Assembly: GCA_028698185.1 (NCBI GenBank)
Contig: JAQVDW010000001.1
Coordinates: forward strand, 30,001-62,000
DNA from: Erysipelotrichaceae bacterium
GTDB lineage: Bacteria > Bacillota_I > Bacilli_A > Erysipelotrichales > Coprobacillaceae
Direction of reading: 5' to 3'
DNA: 32,000 nucleotides
Below the pieces are notes generated by a model, which saw only the letters and a program-made list of their open reading frames with translations, had not been told where the DNA came from and made no database searches. This document shows, one piece after another, positions 1 to 7,571 of this stretch; positions within the stretch are counted from its first letter, which is position 1, and every line of letters begins with the position of its first letter. A program made the translations under genes and the position numbers.

Positions 1-606
1 GTAAAAATTCTTAAAAACCGCCAATTGCCATCGATGCATGCATCGGCTGAGGATCTCAAGTTCATAATGCAGCTGTTCAAACCTAAATACTATATCCCAA
101 TCAAGGGTGACTATTCCCACCTGATTGACAACCGGAATGTCGCTTTGTCGATGGGGCTCAATGATGACCGGATTGTCATCATCGACAACGGTGAACAGAT
201 AACTTTCGAAGGGAAGAATCTGGCTGGGTATCGCGACACTTTCGAAATCCCGGATGTCATGATTGACGGAATCGGTATCGGCGATGTCGGGGAGAAGGTA
301 ATTGACGACCGCATCCAGCTCTCAAGCGATGGTGTTGTAATTATCGGGGTCACAGTTGACGCAAAGACCCGCAAACTCCTTGCGAATACCGACATTCAAA
401 CCCGCGGTTTCATCTACTTGCGTGACAGTGCCCATGTTATAAATGCGATGATGGATATCACAAACAAGACTGTCGAAAAATACGAAAACAATGCGGATGT
501 CGAAGTCAATACAATCCGCTCACAAATCAAAGATAAAGTGGCGAAATATGTTTCTAAGGAAACTGGCAAACGTCCCGTTATATTACCGATTATTATTGAA
601 ATATAG
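1..606 (+). CDS. rnj: Ribonuclease J, C-terminal portion (gene begins upstream of the window)
   Basis: Frame 1 is open from base 1. The translation HASAEDLKFIMQLFKPKYYIPIKGDY...DGIGIGDVGEKVIDDRIQLSSDGVVIIGVTVD...TRGFIYLRDS resembles the motif C and C-terminal domain region of RNase J1/J2. Its position upstream of ftsK matches rnjB (ymfA) in B. subtilis. Confidence 0.85.
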   Translation, partial: VKILKNRQLPSMHASAEDLKFIMQLFKPKYYIPIKGDYSHLIDNRNVALSMGLNDDRIVIIDNGEQITFEGKNLAGYRDTFEIPDVMIDGIGIGDVGEKVIDDRIQLSSDGVVIIGVTVDAKTRKLLANTDIQTRGFIYLRDSAHVINAMMDITNKTVEKYENNADVEVNTIRSQIKDKVAKYVSKETGKRPVILPIIIEI

Positions 607-643
607 CAAGTGATACTTGCTATTTTTTCAAAAGGAGGAAAAA

Positions 644-2878
644 ATGGCAAAAAGAAGCAATAAGAAAAAGGCGAAGAACACGGGGGGGCACATTTCACCG
701 GGGCTGGTCAATCGGGTGATCGGACTGACAGTCGCTTTTTTGTCAGGAATCGGCCTTTTCAAACTGGGTCTGGTCGGGACTGTTATTGATGGTGCCTTGA
801 TCTACTTGTTTGGTTACTTTGGTTTTTTGATCTACGCTTTGGCCCTTGGTTATGCAATTACAATCATCTATCGGGGCACCCAGCCGGTTATGGTTACAAT
901 CAAGATGGCTGGCCTTTATCTGGGACTTTTGGGGATGTTGCTTTTAACCTCGATACCTTCGAGTCTGGACGGGCTGGCTACCATCACTTCGTATTTGCAA
1001 GGTGATGTCATCAGCCACGGCGGCCTGATTGGCGTTACCTTCTTCTCCTTGCTGGGGATTTTGTTCGACGCCTCGGGCACCATTGCATTCAGTATTCTTT
1101 TGATTCTTTTGGGATTGGGAATCATTGCCGGAAAATCGTTCGTCGAGTATCAAAACAAGATCGTCAACCATTCCAAGCAAATCAAACAGAATATCAAGAA
1201 GAACATCTCCGAGAACCAGAAGGCAAGGCAAAAAGAAGATATCCGAAAGTTAAACGAGAAAATAATCAAGGACTACAATAACAACACTCCAAAGGCGCAA
1301 AACCAGGACCCAATTTCTTCGTCGGATACCAAAACGGAATTGCCGGTACCAACGTTGGTTGCACCTTCGAATCCGCCTCAATCAATAACCCCGGAAAAAC
1401 AGGAAATCGCCAAGGAAGAATTGACCTTCACCAAACCGGCGATGGTTAATCTCAATTATCAACTGCCACCAATTGGCCTGTTGAGCGAATCGAAAAACAA
1501 AAGTCCCAACCGCAATCGGGAAATGGCATTGAAAAACGCTGACCGGCTTGCGAAGGTCCTCCAGGAATTCGGGGTTGTCGCCAAGGTCAGTGATATTTTC
1601 ATCGGACCTTCGGTAACAAAGTTCGAACTGACTTTGGAACCGGGAACCCGGGTAAACAAGATCACGGCCCTCCATGACGATATAAAGCTCGCTTTGGCGA
1701 CCAAGGAGATCCGGATCGAGGCACCGATTCCTGGCAAGGCCGCCATCGGGATTGAGGTTGCCAACGAACAGTCAAGCACGGTGGCTTTCAAGGACGTCCT
1801 TAAAGATATTCCGTCCAATATGAAGGAAAACAAATTGCTGGTGGGTCTGGGAAAAGACATCTCCGGAAAATCGATTTTCGTGCCGTTAAACAAGACACCC
1901 CATCTGCTTGTGGCTGGAGCGACCGGATCAGGGAAATCGGTGTGCATCAATACAATCATCTGCTCGTTGCTGATGCGGGCGACCCCAGAAGAGGTGAAAC
2001 TGATTCTCGTTGACCCTAAAAAAGTCGAACTTTCAATCTACAATGATATTCCTCATTTGCTTTCGAAGGTCGTCACCGACCCCAAAAAGGCGGCCGCCGT
2101 TTTGCATGAATTGGTTGCAGAAATGGAACTGCGTTATGACCGTTTTTTAGGTTGCAACGCCCGCAACATCGAAACTTTCAATGAATTCATCGAAAAGGGC
2201 ATCATCCAGGATCAAGAAAAGCTTCCCTATATAGTCGTCATCCTCGATGAGGTTGCCGATTTGATGATGGTTGCCAGCAAGGATGTCGAAGATTGCATAA
2301 TGAGGATCTCGCAGAAGGCCCGGGCCGCAGGAATCCATATGATTCTAGCCACCCAAAGGCCTTCAACGGACATAATTACGGGTGTCATCAAGGCGAACAT
2401 TCCCTCAAGAATAGCCTTTGCGGTATCGTCAAGCATTGATTCGCGGACGATTCTTGATTCTACCGGGGCTGAAAAACTTCTAGGAAAAGGGGACATGCTG
2501 CTGTCTATGCAAGGATCGAGCGTATTGACCAGGCTACAGGGCTGCTTTGTTTCCGATGAGGAAGTCCAGGCGATTGTCGATTATGTCAAAAGCCAGCAGG
2601 ACCCAAATTATATCCAGAAATTTGAAGAAGCCAAAGTGGAAACCGATTCCGGTTCGGGTGAGGTGATGGAAAATGATGATGAAGATTTCGAAAAGTGCCG
2701 GGATTTTGTGATCCAGGTGCAAAAGGCTTCGACTTCGCTGCTTCAGCGCCATTTTCGCATCGGCTACAACAAGGCGGCACGAATAATCGATCGCCTAGAA
2801 GCTGAGGGTGTCATTGGGCCCCAGTCTGGATCGAAACCGCGCGAAGTATATATCCGCGCCAATCAGGAGGAAATTTAA
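644..2878 (+). CDS. ftsK: DNA translocase FtsK/SpoIIIE
   Basis: It has N-terminal TM helices and a Pro/Gln/Lys-rich linker. Walker A is GATGSGKS and Walker B is YIVVILDEVADL. The C-terminal gamma winged helix reads STSLLQRHFRIGYNKAARIIDRLEAEGVIG. ATG 644 is preferred over TTG 617 because AGGAGG at 633-638 lies 5 nt upstream of it. Confidence 0.95.
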   Translation: MAKRSNKKKAKNTGGHISPGLVNRVIGLTVAFLSGIGLFKLGLVGTVIDGALIYLFGYFGFLIYALALGYAITIIYRGTQPVMVTIKMAGLYLGLLGMLLLTSIPSSLDGLATITSYLQGDVISHGGLIGVTFFSLLGILFDASGTIAFSILLILLGLGIIAGKSFVEYQNKIVNHSKQIKQNIKKNISENQKARQKEDIRKLNEKIIKDYNNNTPKAQNQDPISSSDTKTELPVPTLVAPSNPPQSITPEKQEIAKEELTFTKPAMVNLNYQLPPIGLLSESKNKSPNRNREMALKNADRLAKVLQEFGVVAKVSDIFIGPSVTKFELTLEPGTRVNKITALHDDIKLALATKEIRIEAPIPGKAAIGIEVANEQSSTVAFKDVLKDIPSNMKENKLLVGLGKDISGKSIFVPLNKTPHLLVAGATGSGKSVCINTIICSLLMRATPEEVKLILVDPKKVELSIYNDIPHLLSKVVTDPKKAAAVLHELVAEMELRYDRFLGCNARNIETFNEFIEKGIIQDQEKLPYIVVILDEVADLMMVASKDVEDCIMRISQKARAAGIHMILATQRPSTDIITGVIKANIPSRIAFAVSSSIDSRTILDSTGAEKLLGKGDMLLSMQGSSVLTRLQGCFVSDEEVQAIVDYVKSQQDPNYIQKFEEAKVETDSGSGEVMENDDEDFEKCRDFVIQVQKASTSLLQRHFRIGYNKAARIIDRLEAEGVIGPQSGSKPREVYIRANQEEI

Positions 2879-2880
2879 GG

Positions 2881-4146
2881 ATGGAAAGATTCAAATTGCC
2901 CGGCTATCGGTTGGGTGTTATCAATACTAAAAAATTCAAAACTTCAACCGTTGTTTTACGGTTGGTGGCGCCACTTTCAAAAGATACGGTCACAGTGCGC
3001 AAGCTTCTGTCATCGTTGCTTATTGAAGGGACGTCCAAACACCAGGGGCTCCAGGAACTGGTCCGCTATGCCGAGGAACTGTATGGTTTGAATGTATCGA
3101 TTTCAACAGGTTATACCGGGTGCGACCATTACATTTCAATTTATTCGACAGCCATAAACGACGATTATCTGCCGACCAAGGAAAACATCATTGAAAAACA
3201 GATATGTTTGATAAATGACCTGCTCAACGATGCCTACTTGAAACTTGACAGCTTCAATGAAAACAAGATCAGGATTGCAAAAACCAATCTTATCAATCAG
3301 ATAAAAAGCCAATATGATGACAAGATCGTTTATTCGATGAACAAGATGTATGAATACATGGGCAAGGACACGCCATTGGAAATCAGTCCGACAGGTTATA
3401 TCGAGGATATTGAAAGCATAACCCGGGATGATCTGCTCACCTGTCTGGAAACAATTATCAAGAAAGACCAGAAATTTGTATTTGCATGTGGAGATTACCA
3501 TAACGACATCAAGGAAGTTTTCGAGCGGGATCTGGTTTTTCCAGAAAATAACAAAAAGTACCCGGCAGTTTATCCGTTTTTACCGACCCGGGATGAAGTC
3601 CAGGATGTCGTTGAATTCCAACAAGTAAATCAGGCTAAATTGAATCTTGGTTTCTCATCGAAGGTGTCGATTTATGATCCGCGCATTCATTCGATGATCC
3701 TGTTCAATTTCATTCTTGGCGGGTATTCGCAGTCGCTGCTGTTCCAGGAAGTTCGGGAAAAACATAGTCTTTGTTATTACGTCGGATCTTCTTATGACAG
3801 TTTCAATTGCGTCCTGACAATCTATGCCGGTGTCGATCACGGCAATCTAGAAAAAGCGAGGGATCTTATCTTTGAACAGATCGAACGGATGAAAAACGGG
3901 GATTTCCCGGACGAACACATTGACCTGGCTAAAAACTACTATCGTTCGCAATATCTAAAAGGCAACGATGAACCGCGTTCGCTGATCAACCGCACCTTCA
4001 ACCGTTCCCTGGCCAACCTTGATATCGACGAAAAAGAATATCTTAGCAAGATTCTTGCTGTGACCAAGGCTGACCTGGCTGATGTGGCAAAAACCGTCCG
4101 ACTAGATACCGTATTCACTTTGAAAGGAGGGGATGAAAATGGATAA
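2881..4146 (+). CDS. M16 (insulinase/pitrilysin) family protein lacking the HxxEH motif, probable non-catalytic partner (YmfF-like)
   Basis: Length (421 aa) and general M16 layout fit the family. No HxxEH zinc motif is visible in the translation. AGGAGG lies 9 nt before ATG 2881. It sits directly after ftsK and overlaps the next M16 gene, as the ymfF-ymfH pair does in B. subtilis. Confidence 0.75.
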   Translation: MERFKLPGYRLGVINTKKFKTSTVVLRLVAPLSKDTVTVRKLLSSLLIEGTSKHQGLQELVRYAEELYGLNVSISTGYTGCDHYISIYSTAINDDYLPTKENIIEKQICLINDLLNDAYLKLDSFNENKIRIAKTNLINQIKSQYDDKIVYSMNKMYEYMGKDTPLEISPTGYIEDIESITRDDLLTCLETIIKKDQKFVFACGDYHNDIKEVFERDLVFPENNKKYPAVYPFLPTRDEVQDVVEFQQVNQAKLNLGFSSKVSIYDPRIHSMILFNFILGGYSQSLLFQEVREKHSLCYYVGSSYDSFNCVLTIYAGVDHGNLEKARDLIFEQIERMKNGDFPDEHIDLAKNYYRSQYLKGNDEPRSLINRTFNRSLANLDIDEKEYLSKILAVTKADLADVAKTVRLDTVFTLKGGDENG

Positions 4147-5419
4147 GAAATATTACCACACTCTAAAAGAAACTCTTTTTCATGAGCAACTGGACAACGG
4201 TCTCAATGTATATTTGTTAAAGAAGGAAGGCTTCATCAAAACTTATGGCATCTTCACTGCCAATTTCGGATCGAATGACAACGAGTTCATCCCCCGGGGC
4301 CAAAAAGATTTCATCAAGGTGAATGACGGAATTGCCCATTTCTTGGAACATAAGATGTTCTATACCAAAGACGGGGTCGATGCGAATGAACTGTATGCGA
4401 AACTTGGAGCAAGCTCCAATGCCTATACCACCAACAACCAGACTTCATATTTGTTTTCCACTACCCAGAAGGAAAACGAGTGTATCGAGTTGCTGCTTGA
4501 TTTTGTCCAGGCATTGGATCTGACCGAGGAATCAGTCGAAAAAGAAAAAGGAATCATTGAACAGGAAATCAAAATGTACGATGACGATCCTTCTTGGCGG
4601 CTTTATTTCGGTTCGATTGCCGCGTTATACGTCAATCATCCCAACAATACGGATATCGCCGGGACGGTCGAGTCGGTCAACCGGATCACCAAAGCGGAAC
4701 TTGATCTGTGTTATGAAACTTTCTATCATCCCGACAATATGATGCTTTTTATCGTCGGAAATATCGATATCGAAGACACAATGGCATTGATCAGAGCCAA
4801 CCAGAACCAAAAACAGTTCGCACCAAGGCAGGAGATCGTTCGCAAGAAAGTCGACGAACCCGACCATATCGCAGTCAAGTATCAGGAAATCAAGATGGAC
4901 GTCAATGTTGAAAAATTGTTTTTGTCGATTAAGGTCAACGATGTCCCGAGTGATCCAATCGAAAGTTTGCGGCGCGATATCGCCTTCAACCTTTTCTTTG
5001 ATTGTGTTTTTGCCAAGTCATCGGATCTGTACAACAGCTGGCTTGAAAAGGGTCTGATAAACAGCTCGTTCGAGACGAACTTCACCCAAAGCCGGGATAC
5101 CGCTTTTATCCAGATGGGTGGTGATTGTGAGGATCGCAAGACATTCGAGAAGACGTTAATTGAATTTGTAGCCAATATCGACCGGGTCACAATCGACGAG
5201 GCGACTTTCCTGCGTTTGAAAAAGCGGGATATCGGCAATTTCATACTGGCATTCAACTCGATTGAACCAATCGCTTCGAACTTTAGCCGCTACTATTATG
5301 AAGGCGTCAACGCCTTCGAGGTTGTCGATGTGATGCAGGAAATCACCCTGGATGAAGTCCTGGCGGTGCGCAAGTATTTCAATGAAAAATTGATGGCTAT
5401 TACGATAATTAAAAAATAG
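4133..5419 (+). CDS. M16 family zinc metallopeptidase (YmfH-like), catalytic subunit
   Basis: The inverted zinc motif HxxEH is present as GIAHFLEHKMF, with a downstream E-rich segment (EKEKGIIEQEIKMYDDDP). The start may be ATG 4139 rather than 4133, because AGGAGG 4125-4130 is only 2 nt from 4133. Confidence 0.85.
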   Translation: MKMDKKYYHTLKETLFHEQLDNGLNVYLLKKEGFIKTYGIFTANFGSNDNEFIPRGQKDFIKVNDGIAHFLEHKMFYTKDGVDANELYAKLGASSNAYTTNNQTSYLFSTTQKENECIELLLDFVQALDLTEESVEKEKGIIEQEIKMYDDDPSWRLYFGSIAALYVNHPNNTDIAGTVESVNRITKAELDLCYETFYHPDNMMLFIVGNIDIEDTMALIRANQNQKQFAPRQEIVRKKVDEPDHIAVKYQEIKMDVNVEKLFLSIKVNDVPSDPIESLRRDIAFNLFFDCVFAKSSDLYNSWLEKGLINSSFETNFTQSRDTAFIQMGGDCEDRKTFEKTLIEFVANIDRVTIDEATFLRLKKRDIGNFILAFNSIEPIASNFSRYYYEGVNAFEVVDVMQEITLDEVLAVRKYFNEKLMAITIIKK

Positions 5420-5449
5420 GTTGTCAAGACTATTATTTATAAAATAATA

Positions 5450-5458
5450 TGCTATAAT
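5450..5458 (+). promoter_or_regulatory. Extended -10 promoter element TGcTATAAT for the DUF896 leader transcript
   Basis: TGCTATAAT is read directly at 5450-5458. No good -35 lies at 17 nt (TTGTCA at 5421 is 26 nt away). The predicted transcription start near 5465 coincides with the 5' strand of the leader helix. Confidence 0.4.
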
Positions 5459-5464
5459 ATAGTT

Positions 5465-5626
5465 GACCAAGGGGTACATAAATTTCCTACATATTGAATA
5501 TGGGAGTCTGACTAGACTGGCGGTGTTGAAAGCCCACCTTTGAGTGGGAATCCTAAAACCATGCTCAAGACACCCACCTGTACTTAACAGGGATAATTCA
5601 ACAACTCCTTGGTTCTTATAAGGAGT
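5465..5626 (+). promoter_or_regulatory. Structured 5' leader with alternative pairing that either sequesters or frees the Shine-Dalgarno of the DUF896 gene (class unknown)
   Basis: An 11-bp long-range helix pairs 5465-5475 (gaccaaggggt) with 5604-5614 (actccttggtt), with 2 GU pairs. It competes with a 7-bp local hairpin of 5604-5610 (actcctt) with 5620-5626 (aaggagt) that buries the SD. Internal hairpins lie at 5505-5518, 5533-5548 and 5577-5591. No ORF longer than 8 codons is present. Confidence 0.35.
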
Positions 5627-5629
5627 ATA

Positions 5630-5848
5630 ATGGACCAAAAATTAATTGACCGGATCAACGAACTGGCGCGAAAGAAAAAAGTCTCAGGTCTTAGTGACGA
5701 GGAACTTTTGGAACAACAGCTTTTGCGGCAACGTTATTTGGAGGAATTCCGAGCCGGGTTCAAACAGCGGCTTGAAAGTGTCAAAGTCATTGATGAAGAT
5801 GGCAATGACATAACTCCAACCAATAGGATACCGAAGACAATGAATTAG
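5630..5848 (+). CDS. UPF0291/DUF896 family small protein (YnzC-like)
   Basis: MDQKLIDRINELARKKKVSGLSDEELLEQQLLRQRYLEEFRAGFKQRLE matches the typical DUF896 helical hairpin sequence. AAGGAG lies at 5620-5625. ATG 5630 is preferred to TTG 5609. Confidence 0.85.
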   Translation: MDQKLIDRINELARKKKVSGLSDEELLEQQLLRQRYLEEFRAGFKQRLESVKVIDEDGNDITPTNRIPKTMN

Positions 5849-5881
5849 CGAAGCTGCATGCAGCTTCGCTTTGTGCTTTTT
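5847..5881 (+). terminator. Rho-independent terminator
   Basis: A perfect 12-bp palindromic stem agcgaagctgca/tgcagcttcgct (5847-5870) is followed by ttgtgcttttt. Confidence 0.8.
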
Positions 5882-5976
5882 CTGATTTTGATAACGACCA
5901 TCTTATAATGAAAATGTATTTTATTTTTAAAACATATATGATATAGTTAGAAAGTAACTAGATAGGAGGTAATCAA

Positions 5977-6183
5977 ATGGAATATGTATATTTAGTTGTG
6001 GGACTTATCGTGGGGTTGGTTGCAGGCTTTTTTGCGGCAAGATTCTACTTCAAAAAAGAACTGCAAAAAAATCCACCAATTAACGAAAAAATGATCAGAG
6101 CGATGTATCTGCAAATGGGACGCAAACCAAGCGAAGCTCAAATCAAAAAGATCATGCGCGATATGAACAACCAATACAAGTAA
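5977..6183 (+). CDS. yneF: UPF0154 family small membrane protein (YneF-like)
   Basis: A single N-terminal TM (LVVGLIVGLVAGFFAARFYF) is followed by a basic tail with NPPINEKMIRAMYLQMGRKPSEAQIKKIM, which is the family hallmark. TAGGAGG lies 7 nt upstream. Confidence 0.85.
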   Translation: MEYVYLVVGLIVGLVAGFFAARFYFKKELQKNPPINEKMIRAMYLQMGRKPSEAQIKKIMRDMNNQYK

Positions 6184-6186
6184 CCA

Positions 6187-6816
6187 ATGCGTTTGTTAGT
6201 AACCAGGCATTCAAAAACAATTTGGAATGAACAGCGACGCTTGCAAGGGCGCAAGGATTCCAAGTTGACTCAAAAAGGGATTGAAGAAGCTAGGATTCTT
6301 GGAGAATTTTTAAAGGGTGAACAAATCGATGTCATTTACAGTTCGCCAATAAACCGTGCTTATCAAACGGCGCAGATGATTTTTCCGGATCGGGAAATCA
6401 TCACAGACGATCGTTTGATGGAGATGTCCTTTGGCGATTACGAAGGGAAAAGTGTAGCTGAGTTGGTCAAACAAAAGGACTACCATGATCTGTGGCACAA
6501 CCCAAGTCTCGATTCAAGGCTTCCCCATGGCGAATCTTATCGGGAAATCAAGGAAAGATTGCAGTCTTTTTATGAAGAGATAAAGACAAGGCACGCATCG
6601 CAAACGGTTTTTGTAGTGACCCATGGGATGGCGTTTATCGTCTTGCAGGCAGTGATTAAGAATCTATGTATCGAAGATCTGACTTCAATCAACCAGGAGG
6701 TCGTGCGGGGTTGTTCCCTGACTGAAATCATGGTCGGCAATAATAGTGCCGTGATTGAAAGAATCGGCGACTCAAGCTTCTTGCCAAGCGACAATCTGAT
6801 AAGCTTTAACAAGTAG
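6187..6816 (+). CDS. Histidine phosphatase superfamily protein (phosphoglycerate mutase-like)
   Basis: The N-terminal catalytic motif is LLVTRHSKTIWN (RHG-type with Ser in place of Gly). The second His motif is VVTHGMAF. There is no obvious SD, and the start lies 3 nt after the yneF stop. Confidence 0.8.
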   Translation: MRLLVTRHSKTIWNEQRRLQGRKDSKLTQKGIEEARILGEFLKGEQIDVIYSSPINRAYQTAQMIFPDREIITDDRLMEMSFGDYEGKSVAELVKQKDYHDLWHNPSLDSRLPHGESYREIKERLQSFYEEIKTRHASQTVFVVTHGMAFIVLQAVIKNLCIEDLTSINQEVVRGCSLTEIMVGNNSAVIERIGDSSFLPSDNLISFNK

Positions 6817-6864
6817 ACAGTAACATGTCTGCTTTTTGTTTACAAAAAAAGGTCAGCCAAATGA

Positions 6865-7467
6865 CTAACCTAGATAAGTAACTTTGTTTTCCGTATGATT
6901 GAGCAGACGGCCGATATTGCTTTTGTGCCGGTATATCAGCAATGCCATTACAATGATATTGACAATCTTTCCGGTAAGCGAGATATTCATAAAGAATGTC
7001 GCTACGATAATGAAGGTCGCTGTAACGATTGAGGCCAATGATACATACTTGCTTTTATAAAGCACCAGCATGAAAATAACGAGGCCGGGCAAGACGAATT
7101 TTGGCACAATTGCAATCTGCAACCCTGCGGCTGTCGATACGGCTTTTCCTCCCTTGAAGGAAGCGAAAACCGGATAGCAATGGCCAATCACGCAAGCCAG
7201 TCCCGCAAAATAACGAAGATCGATGTACAGATCGAACCGGCGGCTTAGATATCCGGCAATCAGCGTAGAAATCAAAGCTTTTGATGCGTCCAACAAAATT
7301 ACGGTTATTCCTATTTTTTTGCCAAGCACTCTGCCGGCGTTTGATCCACCCAGATTTCCAGAACCGTAGTTGCGGACATCTTTCTTGAAGAAAACCTTGC
7401 CGATAACCAAGGCGAAGGGGATTGATCCAAACATGTATGAGAGTGCAATAATTATTAATTCCAACAT
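6865..7467 (-). CDS. plsY: Glycerol-3-phosphate acyltransferase PlsY
   Basis: The protein is multi-TM with FGSIPFALVIGK and GSGNLGGSNAGR motifs. The ORF track starts at 7485, but that ATG overlaps a minus-strand TATAAT (7484-7489). ATG 7467, preceded by GGGTGA, is therefore more likely. Confidence 0.88.
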   Translation of the reverse strand: MLELIIIALSYMFGSIPFALVIGKVFFKKDVRNYGSGNLGGSNAGRVLGKKIGITVILLDASKALISTLIAGYLSRRFDLYIDLRYFAGLACVIGHCYPVFASFKGGKAVSTAAGLQIAIVPKFVLPGLVIFMLVLYKSKYVSLASIVTATFIIVATFFMNISLTGKIVNIIVMALLIYRHKSNIGRLLNHTENKVTYLG

Positions 7468-7483
7468 TTTATCACCCATGGAC

Positions 7484-7512
7484 ATTATAGCGAAATCTTT
7501 TTAAAATGCAAA
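7484..7512 (-). promoter_or_regulatory. Candidate plsY promoter, TTTGCA-17 nt-TATAAT
   Basis: Read on the minus strand, the -35 TTTGCA is at 7512-7507 and the -10 TATAAT is at 7489-7484, with a 17-nt spacer. Confidence 0.4.
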
Positions 7513-7518
7513 TACCTT

Positions 7519-7547
7519 TTGCAAATCAACCCGATTTTTTATATAAT
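7519..7547 (+). promoter_or_regulatory. Candidate parE operon promoter, TTGCAA-17 nt-TATAAT
   Basis: TTGCAA lies at 7519-7524 and TATAAT at 7542-7547, with a 17-nt spacer. AAGGAG at 7557-7562 follows, then GTG 7572. Confidence 0.55.
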
Positions 7548-7571
7548 GTATAAGTTAAGGAGTGTGATTTT

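Noticed and set aside
617-643. N-terminal extensions suggested by the ORF track: 617 ftsK, 5609 DUF896, 7485 plsY, 15533 mtnN, 18585 XRE, 20231 phosphoesterase, 20283 Cof and 22346 ACT.
   Set aside because: In each case an internal ATG sits at proper distance from a strong GGAGG-type SD, and the family-typical N-terminus begins there. The extensions also overlap promoters or upstream genes.
5501-5592. Possible ZTP (pfl) riboswitch, suggested by GACUGGCGG followed by a short hairpin and a downstream CCCACCUG segment.
   Set aside because: The 3' pseudoknot partner is CCACC rather than CCGCC, and UGGGC is missing. The spacing before the hairpin is much longer than in the ZTP examples I remember. 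The downstream gene (DUF896) is not a folate or purine gene. I kept it only as a model to test with Infernal.
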